Shown here: one piece after another, positions 25,032 through 35,559 of the stretch
Numbering within the stretch: position 1 is the stretch's first letter
Layout: each line of letters opens with the position of its first letter
Origin: Pristiophorus japonicus
Lineage: Eukaryota
Direction: 5' to 3'
Assembly: GCF_044704955.1 (NCBI RefSeq)
Contig: NC_091997.1
Span: forward strand, 83,018,001-83,082,000
Length of the DNA: 64,000 nucleotides
The notes under the pieces: generated by a model
The model's database searches: none
The model's input: only the letters and a program-made list of their open reading frames with translations
Told to the model about the DNA's origin: nothing
Made by a program: the position numbers and the translations under genes

Positions 25032-25525
25032 TGCGCCTTTTTTTAAAAAAAAGCTCAGGCTGCTCTCTTTGACCCAAGTTAAAGCCAGTTTCCCCAATTA
25101 ATTTGCACCTGTGTAACTCAGCTAGTTATGATTTACGAGGGAGAGGGGGCGGGAGGGGGGGGGGAAAGAGGGAGGGGGGGAGAAGAGGGAGGGGGGGAGA
25201 AGAGGGGGGGGGGGGGGAAGAGGGAGAGGGGGGGGCGCCTTTTTTTAAAAAAAAGCTCAGGCTGCTCTCTTTGACCCAAGTTAAAGCCAGTTTCCCCAAT
25301 TAATTTGCACCTGTGTAACTCAGCTAGTTATGATTTACGAGGGAGAGGGGGCGGGGGAAGAGGGAGGGGGGGGGAGAAGAGGGAGGGGGGGGGAAGAGGG
25401 AGAGGGGGGGGCGCCTTTTTTTAAAAAAAAGCTCAGGCTGCTCTCTTTGAGCCAAGTTAAAGCCAGTTTCCCCAATTAATTTGCACCTGTGTAACTCAGC
25501 TAGTTATGATTTACGAGGGAGAGGG
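25032..25525. repeat. Three near-identical tandem copies of a ~110-bp unit separated by G/A tracts
   Basis: gcgcctttttt..aaagctcaggctgctctctttga..ctagttatgatttacgagggagaggggg starts at about 25032, 25236 and 25411. Confidence 0.9.
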
Positions 25526-26179
25526 GGGGGGGAGAAGAGGGAGAGGGGGGGGGGAAGAAGAGGGAGAGGGGGGGGAGAGAAGGGATGGGGGGAGAAGAGG
25601 GAGAGGGGAGGGGGGGGGAGAAGAGGGAGATGGGGGGGAGGGGGGAGAAGAGGGAGAGGGGGGGAAGAGGGAGAGGGGGGGGAAGAGGAGGGGGAAGAGG
25701 GAGGGGAAGAGGGAGAGGGGGAGGGGAAGAGGGAGAGGGGGGGGAAGAGGGAGAGGGGGGGGGAAGAGGGAGAGGGGGGGAAGAGGAGAGGGGGGGGAAG
25801 AGGGAGAGGGGGGGGAAGAGGGAGAGGGGGGGGAAGAGGGAGAGGGGGGGGAAGAGGGAGAGGGGGGGAAGAGGGAGAGGGGGGGAAGAGGGAGAGGAGG
25901 GGGGGAAGAGGGAGAGGGGGGGGAAGAGGGAGAGGGGGGGGAAGAGGGAGAGGGGGGGGAAGAGGGAGAGGGGGGGGAAGAGGGAGAGGGGGGGGAAGAG
26001 GGAGAGGGGGGGGGAAGAGGGAGAGGGGGGGGGAAGAGGGAGAGGGGGGGGGGGAAGAGGGAGAGGGGGGGGGAAGAGGGAGAGGGGGGGGGAAGAGGGA
26101 GAGGGGGGGGAAGAGGGAGAGGGGGGGGGGAAGAGGGAGAGGGGGGGGGGAAGAGGGAGAGGGGGGGGGGAAGAGGGAG
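25515..26179 (+). repeat. Polypurine minisatellite (GAAGAGGGAGA-Gn)
   Basis: Almost pure G/A with a ~17-20 bp period, running into the gap. Confidence 0.95.
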
Positions 26180-26379
26180 NNNNNNNNNNNNNNNNNNNNN
26201 NNNNNNNNNNNNNNNNNNNNNNNNNNNNNNNNNNNNNNNNNNNNNNNNNNNNNNNNNNNNNNNNNNNNNNNNNNNNNNNNNNNNNNNNNNNNNNNNNNNN
26301 NNNNNNNNNNNNNNNNNNNNNNNNNNNNNNNNNNNNNNNNNNNNNNNNNNNNNNNNNNNNNNNNNNNNNNNNNNNNNNN
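26180..26379. other. Assembly gap (200 N)
   Basis: Run of N. Confidence 1.
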
Positions 26380-28318
26380 GCACCTGGCAAAGGGCCACTC
26401 GGGGCTAGAGTCAGGCGGGGGAGTGGGAGTAGCAGACCCGGAGACCCTTCAGCCTGGGATTGGCACCGGCAGGCAAGTTGCTGCAATATATTTTAGTGTT
26501 TTTAAGTTGAAGCAATGTGTTTTTAATGTATTGCGAGCTCACTGTCTCTTTCACTTTCCAGCCTCAGCTTGCTCACTCATAGCAGTCCCTCGAACTAGGA
26601 TGACTTGCTTCCACGAGAGTTCACAGATGTTTTCAATGAAGGACCCAATGTTCCAGTCCTGAACTCCAATTGAAAGGGGTGGAAGGTGCCCGTGCGTGGA
26701 TTTTTTTTTTAACGTGTGGTGACTGTTGCATGTCAGCCACCACATGGGCTGACAGAGCTCGGCCTTTATCCAGGACGACTGGAGACTGCTCTGCTGCACG
26801 GCCCTAGTGCGCGCACACATATCAGTGTGGGCAGGCCGTGCTGCCCCGGGCCCTCGGCTCTTCTGGGCCCCGTAACCTCATTCGCCGCACCTCTGCCACG
26901 ATGTTCCTGGGCCCACTGCTCCATCTCGATTTATAGCCTCAACCTGCGGTGGTCTTCAGTCCGTGGTTACCGTGGCAACCTGATTTTTTTTGGTGCAGAT
27001 CAAGGCTCCGCCCCCAAAACTAACAGACAGGTTAGGCTGTGCCAAAATCCAATGGGGAAACAAAGAACATTTTTTGGGGCGTACTTGGGCGTAACTCTAA
27101 GTACACCAAAAAAAGCTTTGGCGAAAATTGAGCCCATGGACAGAAGCATGGAAAATTTGTTGTAATTCAAATTATGCCATGCACACTATCCTAGTTAAGC
27201 ATCCCTGGAGCTCAACTACAATACATCACAAACTGGAAGAGGAAACCAGGGCAAGGGACAGGTTCCCATTTACTACACAGAACATTCAGTGCAAATGGAT
27301 TAAACTCTGAATGAGACACCTGCAATTTCTCTAACATGAATTCATTGTAAAGTTTGCTTGCCTGTATTCATTCAGCAACTTCCCCCAGTACATGAACACT
27401 TCAGAGTAGTGGATAATGAATAGACAAAGCCTGGGTTGGGTGGAATGAGCAACGGTAACTCTTACCACATCCATAACTTCTCGCTAAATTAAGATGCCTT
27501 GGCTTAGCGATTGAAACAAGACGAAACTCAACTTGCAATTGGCCAGTTTCCCCAACCATTAGTGAAACCATATGTGGGGGATGCAGTGTTTTCAAAAGAT
27601 AGTCTCAAGTAACAATTGTTTGTATGCAGCAAGATCAAGTGCCTTCAATTAAAGTGTTTCCAGCATTCTTTATATAAAAAAAAGTTGCCAGCATTCTTTG
27701 GTAATGGGAAGGAGAGGGGGACAGGATGTTTAAAGAAACACATTTTCTCAATTGTAAATGCAACAGAACAAATCATCAAAGCGGACAGATCAATTTGAAA
27801 ACAATGGTTTTGCACAAATTCATTATGTATAAATGTGCGAAGTTCATTCTGGTACATTGGGTAACAGTGAAACACAATAGGGGAACAGATTCAAGACATG
27901 AAGCACATCTTACCGTATATAAATAGGGTTTTTCAAAATCATGTAAAAAAAAAACAGCCTACACACAATCGGATAAAGCAAACACCTCACACGAGCCATC
28001 TATGACACAGGCCCTTTAAGCACCCAAAGCAATCAATATTCCCCACTCCAGTGTATACAACTGGTTATTTGGTGAGCAAACCCTGCAGAGAGCAGTTTTG
28101 ACACCTCGACTAAGCAGCAAGTGCACTGAAGGATCACAGTAAATTACCTGCAGCTCAAAGTTACAACAGGTTAGCAAAACAGACAAGCAAAACCCTTTGC
28201 ACATATAGGTCGAATGTGAATCGAAAGCTGTTTTTACCCTGTATATTGTTTTTTGGTTATTGGTTACCACTGTCAGATAAAGGCAGACGATAAAGAAATT
28301 CGATAAAGTAGACAGACT

Positions 28319-29111
28319 GGGCCCCAAGTTTCCCCCGGAGTTGCTCCTTTTTTTGGGAGCAACTTGATTTTCCTGAACTATCTTTTTAGTTACAATTCTG
28401 GCCATTTAATTTGTGTCAATGTAAGTGAGTTAGTTAGGTTTTTTTTCCCCCCCAAAAGGAGGCATTCCCAGCCACTTACCCGTTTTAGGCGTTTGGCCAG
28501 CAAATAGTGGCTCCAAACTAACTTAGGCCAGCGTATATTAGCACTTCTGTCCGCACAGAAAAACCTTACCGAGCGTTAAGGAATCGGCGCAAGTAACTAC
28601 ATTTAAAGCACCAAAGCACAAAAAGTAATAAACAATTCATTAATAAAAAATAGAAGGAACTCTGCACCTAAAGCACCGAGACCAAAGTAATAAGCAATCA
28701 ATAAATAACAAATCAATAAATAGAAGGAACCCTGTACCCAAAGCACCAAAATCAGTCAGTAAATAATAATAAAGTCCTACCTTAGGGAATGCAGCAGGCC
28801 GCCTGTGAGGGAGCCCATTCAGCCAGGGCTAGGGATGGCATGCTTTGGCCCCTCCCACACAGCCGACAGCACACATTTGCAGAAACGACCTGCCAGGAGC
28901 GACTGCACATGCGCACACACACTCGCGCGCTTGTACAGAGGTCTCGGCACTGCTTTCAGACCTGGCTCCGCCTCCAATCCACTGCGCCATGGCCGAAGAG
29001 AGGCTGGGGGGCGGCCAAAATACCAACGTCTTTTTTCAGCGCGTGGAGGCGGACCAAACAGCGCACCTCAGGTGAGGGCGCCAGAAAAACAGGTTAGGGA
29101 AACTCTAGTCC
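28319..29111. mobile_element. MITE-like element with imperfect TIRs
   Basis: gggccccaagtttccc..gggaaactctagtcc. The 5' part resembles the start of the 25009 element (ttaatttg..gttag). No clean TSD. Confidence 0.45.
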
Positions 29112-29279
29112 AGAGAAACTAATGCCTCTGGTGGGTGAGTGTAGACAAGGGAGGCACAATATTACAATTAGAGCTAGGTCATTTTGGGGTGAAACACTAA
29201 CACGAGTTATGGAAACTTGTAACTTTATCCCAAAAGTCTGCTCTACTGGTTCAATTCATTTGCTGCCGAAACAGTCATC

Positions 29280-30910
29280 CATGCTGGTTACCTCCAGACT
29301 AGACCATTCCAATGCCATGCGGGCCAGCCTGCTCCCGTAAATGAGAGTTCATCCACCCACTGCCTGTATCCCAACTCTCACCAAGTCCTGTTCACCCATC
29401 ACCCACATGCTCACTGACCTACTTTGGCTCCTAGTCCACCAATGTTCAAATTTAAAATTCTCATCCTCGTGTTCAAGTATCTCCATGGCCTCACCCTTGG
29501 AATTCAGAACTTTGCCTCCTTCCCAATTCTGGCCTTGTGCATCCACGTCTTCCTTTGCCCCATTATTCGTGCCTTCAGTTGTCTGGGGCCTAAGCGCTGG
29601 AATTCCTTCTGCAAGATCGACCTCTGACCAAGCTTCTGGTCCCCTGTACGAATGTTACCTTCCTTGGCTCAGTGTCAATCTCTGATTAAACTTCTGAGAA
29701 GCACCCGGGGACACTGTGTTAAAGGCACTGCAAGTGGTTGAAAAGACTGTGGGTGCTGGATCAATTGACATTTAAGGCGAGGCTCAAGGCATACTAAACC
29801 AAAGGAGACATTAGGACAGGTGACCAAAAGCACAGCAAATGGAGTGGAAGTACAGAACCACCATGATAGAATGATGGAACAGGCTCTCGTGGTCAAATGG
29901 TCTACTCTGGTTCATGAGGCAGCATAGCATGAAATGTCCCTTAACGCAACAAAACAGTTAGTAGACATGTACTCTTTTATACTCCTGATAAAGCCCAATG
30001 CCAGGACTTAGAGGAAAATGCACTACAGGACAACTGCTACAATGTTAGTTAATATCTGGCAGATGATATTCCTGTCCCCAGATCACAGCATATTTTCACC
30101 CGTATCACTATTGGATATAAAAAGGTGTGTCCATATAATGCACGTTTGGCAACCTCAGAACATCCCAGAGCTCTTTACAGCCAATGAAAAATATTAAGCA
30201 TAGCCACTGCTATACCAGTAATCACGAAAAGCTTACTGTCACATTAAACAGAAGATCTCTACTGGGCGGCAGCTTTTGAAAAGGGCAAGGTTACGGTGAA
30301 CCCCACAAAGTACTTCAGGATACTGGTTGTATAAAGTAACACTTAAACCTTTTCATCTGCTTTAAGGGGAGGACTTCCCCCGGAAAAGCAACACCCTCCT
30401 TGCAGGCTTTACGAGTGAAAGGCCCGTTACTCCATGGCCTCGTCCCTCCCGATCTCTAACCTGTTCCACCCAAACAACCCTCAGATCTCTGGGCTCCTCT
30501 GATGCTGGCCTCTTGTGCATCCCCGATTTTCATCGCTCCAGCATCGGCAACACCTTCCACTGACAAAGCCTCAATTTATGCAATTCCCTCCCATAACCGC
30601 TCTTTCAAGACGCTCCTTAAAACATACCTCTTTGACCAAGCTTTTGGTCACCTGTGCTAATTTCTACTTATGCGGCTTGGGGACGTTTCACTACGTTAAA
30701 GGAGCTATATAAACACAAGTTGCTCTTTCAAGACGCTCCTTAAAACCCACCTCTTTGACCAAGCTTTTGGCCACCTGCCCATATATATCTGCTGATGTGG
30801 CTCGGTGTCAAATTCAGTTTGATAACGCCTCCTGTGCAGGGCCTTGGGACGTTTCACTCGGTTGGACTACCAATTGTTAGGTTAAAGGCGCTATATAAAT
30901 GCAAGTTGTC
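29280..30910 (+). mobile_element. Cluster of L2-type LINE 3' fragments (about 29280-29720, 30430-30720, 30722-30910)
   Basis: Degenerate VTSRLD.SN and SPIT..L.DL.WL.V.Q..KFKIL coding remnant, plus repeated ctctttgaccaagcttttgg..ctatataaa tails. Confidence 0.65.
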
Positions 30911-31120
30911 GAATCATTAAAAGTCAACACCCTCGGGGGTGGGTTGAAGTCCAGAACCCGGTGCTGGCATTGCCTGGTCTGGTTCCTCAGGAACAACAAC
31001 TCCAGGTGGTGCGATCGCCCCGAGGGGCGAGGTCGGGCTGGTTTGGGCGGAAATGGGGTGTAAAAAGACCAATTTCCCTCGCTTGTTAACGAAAGGCGCC
31101 AAAATGCGCGCGCACACAAA

Positions 31121-31144
31121 TATATATATATATATATATATATA
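31121..31144. repeat. (TA)n microsatellite
   Basis: 12 TA units. Confidence 0.95.
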
Positions 31145-31149
31145 AAATT

Positions 31150-31270
31150 GGTTCTAACGAAGGGTCATCGACCCAAAACGCTAACGCTTCCTTTTCTCTC
31201 CAAAGATGCTGCATGACGCGCTGAGTATTTCCAACATTTTGTGTTTTTATTTCAGATTACGGCAGCATTT
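31150..31270 (+). mobile_element. Penelope-like element terminal remnant
   Basis: ctaacgaagggtcatcgacccaaaacgctaac..ctccaaagatgctgcatgacgcgctgagtatttccaacattt resembles the hammerhead-containing terminal repeat of fish Penelope elements (recognised from memory). Confidence 0.55.
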
Positions 31271-31644
31271 TTCTGGTGTGTTTACATATAATATTTGGAG
31301 ATGGCGCGCTTCTGACAGGAAAACCCTTTCGCCGCCCGCCCCCTGTGAGGGAAGCGCGCACAAACCTCCCGCCAAAAAAAACCCCGGCAATTTCATGAAT
31401 GGGGAGCGGGCCGAAAGGGGGACATCCCCTTTAATTAAAGGGGGGGGCGCTATTACTGCCCGCAGATAGATATCGGGGAACAGCGGCCTAGGCTCGGTGA
31501 GGAGAAAGGCGGCGGCGGCGGCGGCGCCCGCTGAAACCCCCCCCCACACCGCCGAATTAATGGAGGAGCGCCAACACTGCATTCCCTCAGACCCTTTACC
31601 TCAGGGAGCCCGCACCGCACCGCACCCCCCCCCCGCCGCCTTAC

Positions 31645-31699
31645 CCTTGCGGAACGAGCCGGTGGAGACGGACGGGCCGTCGGCCTTGGTGCGGACCAT
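31645..31699 (-). CDS. PCLAF: PCNA clamp-associated factor, exon 1 coding part
   Basis: MVRTKADGPSVSTGSFRK versus human MVRTKADSVPGTYRK. Kozak context aaccATGG, donor g|gtaagg, located in a CpG island. Confidence 0.95.
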
Positions 31700-31719
31700 G
31701 GTTTGTCAGTGCGGACAGC

Positions 31720-32030
31720 TCGCGTGCGCGCTGATAAGCGACAGAAGATCCGGGTACTAACAGGGCGGCCCGCGCCCCGCCGCCCCTGCTTTTAAAAAGG
31801 CGGCTCGCGCCGCCGCCGCCGCTCGGCCAATCGGCAGCCTCGCCCCTCTCACCCCGCCCACTGGCCTCCACTTCGCCATTGGTCGGGCTGTCCCCCTCCA
31901 CCGCGCGGCCGCTCCGCCCAATCCCGCCGCTTGGCTCGTGCCGCCTTTCGGATCCAGCCAATCGCATCGAGCGACCGATAAATAATAAAAAAAACACGCT
32001 GCACCTATCGGAGCGGTGTGGCGGGAAAAG
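31720..32030 (-). promoter_or_regulatory. PCLAF: PCLAF CpG-island cell-cycle promoter (CHR-like TTTAAA, four CCAAT boxes, GC boxes, E2F site)
   Basis: TTTAAA at 31791-31796; CCAAT/ATTGG at 31827, 31878, 31918 and 31958; GGCGGGAAA at 32020-32028; high CpG density from about 31000 to 32030. Confidence 0.8.
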
Positions 32031-32180
32031 CTGATGTTTTTGGTCATTGTGCAATAATTTGTTTTAAAACAATCATGCCAACAGAGAAAAAAATATTTAA
32101 TAAATGCACCCGGCGATTAAAGCCTAGCGCCAAGCACAAAAGTTATTGAAAATCTTTTTAGAGAACCAGCAGAGCAGCTA

Positions 32181-32251
32181 GACTGACTGTCCAATCAGCT
32201 AGTGAGCTGGTTTGATTGACAGTGATGTGGACCAATGAGGAGCTCCGTGCA
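32181..32251. promoter_or_regulatory. CCAAT-TGATTGACAG-CCAAT module (NF-Y plus PBX/PREP decamer), copy 1
   Basis: CCAAT at 32191, TGATTGACAG at 32213-32222, CCAAT at 32232. Confidence 0.6.
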
Positions 32252-32471
32252 TTGGCGGGACGTTTCTTGCTACAACTCTTTGTTTGCAAACATGGTCATG
32301 GTTGTAATTACAGGTTTCGCTGTTACTGAATACAATTAGAAGGTCGGGGGGATTGTGTTTGTGTAGCTTAATTGTAGGGTTTAATTTCCATAAAGTGCAA
32401 TGGATTTGAGTTATTCCTGATTATTTGTATTTTGGTGAAACCCAACCTATAAAAGGTTTCCCATGAAATGA

Positions 32472-33870
32472 TAACATAAGAAATAGGAGCAGGAGTAGGC
32501 CATACGGCCCCTCGAGCCTGCTCCGCCATTCAATAAGATCATGGCTGATCTGATCATGGACTCAGCTCAACTTCCCTGCCCGCTCCTCATATCCCCATAA
32601 CCCCTTATCCCCTTATCACTCAAGAAACTGTCTATTTCTGTCTTAAATTTATTCAATGTCCCAGCTTCCACAGCTCTCTGAAGCAGCGAATTCCACAGAT
32701 TTACAACCCTCTGAGAGAAGAAATTCCTCCTCATCTCTTAATGGGTGGCCCCTTATTCTAAGATCATGCCCTCTAGTTCTAGTCTTCCCCCATCAGTGGA
32801 AACATCCTCTCTGCATCCACCTTGTCAAGCCCCCTCAATCTTAAACGTTTCGATAAGATCACTTCTCATTCTTCTGAATTCCAATGAGTATAGGCCCAAC
32901 CTACTCAACCTTTCCTCATAAGTCAACCCCCTCATCCCCGGAATCAACCTAGTGAACCTTCTCTGAACTGCCTCCAAAGCAAGTATATCCTTTCGTAAAT
33001 ATTGAAACCAAAACTGCACGCAGTATTCCAGGTGTGGCCTCACCAATACCTTGTATAACTGTAGTAAGACTTCCCTGGTTTTAACTCCATCCCCGTTGCA
33101 ATAAAGGCCAAGATACCATTGGCCTTCCTGATCACTTGCTGTACCTGCATACTAACCTTTTGTGTTTCATGCACAAGTATCCCCAGGTCCCGCTGTACTG
33201 CGGCACTTTGCAATCTTTCTCCATTTAAATAATAACTTGCTCTTTGATTTTTTTTTTTGCCAAAGTGCATGACCTCACACTTTCCAACATTATACTCCAT
33301 CTGCCAAATTTTTGCCCACTCACTTAGCCTGTCTATGTCCTTTTGCAGATTTTTTGTGTCCTCCTCACTCATTGCTTTTCCTCTGAGTTTATCATCAGCA
33401 AACTCAGTCCCTTCTTCCAAGTCGTTAATATGGATTATAAATAGTTGGGGTCCCAGCACTAAACCCTGCGGCACCCCACTAGTTACTGGTTGCCAACCAG
33501 AGAATGAACCATTTATCCCAACTCTCTGTTTTCTGTTAGCCAATCCTCTATCCATGCTAATATATTACCCCCAACCCCGTGAACTTTTATCTTGTGCAGT
33601 AACCTTTTATGTGACACCTTGTCAAATGCCTTCTGGAAGTCCAAATACACCACTGGTTCCCCTTTATCCACCCTGTTCGTTACATCCTCAAAGAACTCGA
33701 GCAAGTTTGTCAAACATGACTTCCCCTTCATAAATCCATGCTGACTCTGCCTGACCGAATTTTGCTTTTCCAAGTGTCCTGCTACTGCTTCTTTAATAAA
33801 CATTTTCCCAACCACAGATGTTAAGCTAACTGGTCTATAGTTTCCTGCTTTTTGTCTGCCTCCTTTTCTC
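32472..33870 (-). mobile_element. 5'-truncated CR1 LINE
   Basis: ORFs 33513..33875, 33040..33555 and 32825..33046 carry RT motifs (NYRPVSLTS, LDFQKAFD, FADD), followed by the CR1 tail. Confidence 0.9.
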
Positions 33871-34039
33871 ACCACATTATCTCACCACATTTAAATAGCC
33901 TCAGTGCTTCAACTCTTAAAATAATACAATTTAACCAAAGGAGGCACAACAAGGCATTTGACAAGGTGCCAGATAAAAGGTTACTGCACAAGATAAAAGT
34001 TCACGGGTTTGGGGGTAATATATAACCCGCAAAGTGACA

Positions 34040-34440
34040 AATAAACATTAAAGGGAACCTTGATAAACCAAATTTAAATTCTGTTCCCTGTTGTAATGTT
34101 GCACTCCAGTCACTCTGACGCCCACCTGTTGTGGAAGGCCACGAGCGTATCAGTGGATATTGTGTGCTCCATCTCCAGGGGCACCCTGGCGCGAACGTAG
34201 CCGCGGAAGAGAGGCAGGCAGTCGGGCTGAACGACCCCCTCGACAGCCCGCTGCCTGGACCGGTTAATGGCCCCCTTGGCCGTGCCCAGGAGCAGTCCAT
34301 CGAGGAGGCCCTCAGACCTGCCCGCTCCCCTCCGCACCAGGTGCCCAAAGATCAGGAGCGTGGGACTGAAGTGCAACCAGAAATCGAGGAGCAGCCCCTT
34401 CAAATATAGGAAGAGGGGCTGCAACCTTGCACACCCTATA
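34040..34440 (-). mobile_element. Tx1/L1-like LINE ORF2 C-terminal fragment
   Basis: ORF 34110..34424 (LQPLFLYLKGLLLDFWLHFSPTLLIFGH..GLLLGTAKGAINRSRQRAVEG..RARVPLE). Its 3' end is related to 11310, 44795 and 45590. Confidence 0.6.
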
Positions 34441-35284
34441 AAAACATGGACTATGGACTCCTGCTTAGTGCTTCAAATAGCAGAGTAAGATAACTCTAAT
34501 AAAGCAAGCATGGTACTCGGCTGTTGTTTAAAATCAATCAAAATCTCGTGGTTGGTTTTAAACTAGGAATTGCCTGTTGATATAATCAATTTTAGCAGGC
34601 ATCCTATATCATTGCTCATGGTTTTCAGCAAAGTGTGATGGAAAGTTACAGTAAGTAATGATGACACTTACAGGAAGTGTGTGCAAGATTTTTCATATAT
34701 TTTATTCGGCAATAGATGGAGCCAGACATTCACGATGCACAATGTACAGGGAAGAATGGTTGTGGACGTCTGCACAAACACGGTGGTAAGACCTGCAGAC
34801 CAATTTCCTCTTTGGTTAGTTCTAAGTTGCTGAATGATACAGCTCAGGCGGCCATTCAACCTATCGTGCATGTGTCGGCTCCTTGAAAACGCTATCCAAT
34901 TAGTCCCACTCCTTTCCCTGCTAAAGCTTTACCTTCAAGTATTTATCCAATTCCCTTGTGAAAGTTATTAATGAATCTGCTTCCACCACCCTTTCATACA
35001 GTGCATTCTGTATCACAATAACTCGCTGCATAAAAAAAGATTCTCCTCATTTCACCTCTTGTTCTCTTGCCCATTACTTGGCATTTTAACCAGGCTGGGA
35101 GTAAGGACACTGCAACTGCCCTCATTTTCCCTGGACAATGCTGAAAACATGAACCCTTCTTAGTCAAAGAAAAAAATTGCACCCTATTTACTGCAAAATG
35201 AACTGTCCCTCCATTGCAGCATCTAATTGTTTTCTTAAATTATTCCAGGAATTTTGCCTCCACTGGGCTATCTATTCTACATCT

Positions 35285-35531
35285 TGATATGTTCTCACTA
35301 TACAGTATAAATGCACACGAGGCCCATACTTGAGAGAAGGTCACTCTGTGACCAGTCACCTTTATTATCAAGACCTCATGTGATGAAGGTGGGTGGAGCT
35401 TCCCTTTTTATACCTGAAAGTCCAGGTTAGGAGTGTCTCCCACAAGTTCACCCCCTTATGGACAATGTTCTCAAGGTGTACAACTTAGGTCAGCTTATAG
35501 CTGGATTACAATGACAGTTGAATACATGACA
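35285..35531 (-). repeat. Gypsy 3' LTR
   Basis: Direct repeat of 39753-39999 (19 mismatches by hand count). Confidence 0.95.
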
Positions 35532-35559
35532 TCACCTCCCCACCAAAGTCTTATTGGGA

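Larger units (their letters stand above)
25009..27135. mobile_element. PIF/Harbinger-like MITE expanded by internal repeats, a gap and a nested retroelement (26578-26930)
   Basis: TIRs gggctcaattt..aaattgagccc, flanked by the 3-bp duplication ATG (25006-25008 and 27136-27138). Confidence 0.65.

Noticed and set aside
25032-25525. Repeat-spacer-like array suggestive of CRISPR
   Set aside because: Units are ~110 bp, the spacers are low-complexity G/A, the context is a eukaryotic intron and there are no cas genes.
25481-26662. Long Gly/Arg/Glu- and Pro-rich ORFs (295-393 aa) on both strands
   Set aside because: They are translations of a G/A minisatellite and run through an N-gap; such sequence cannot contain stop codons.
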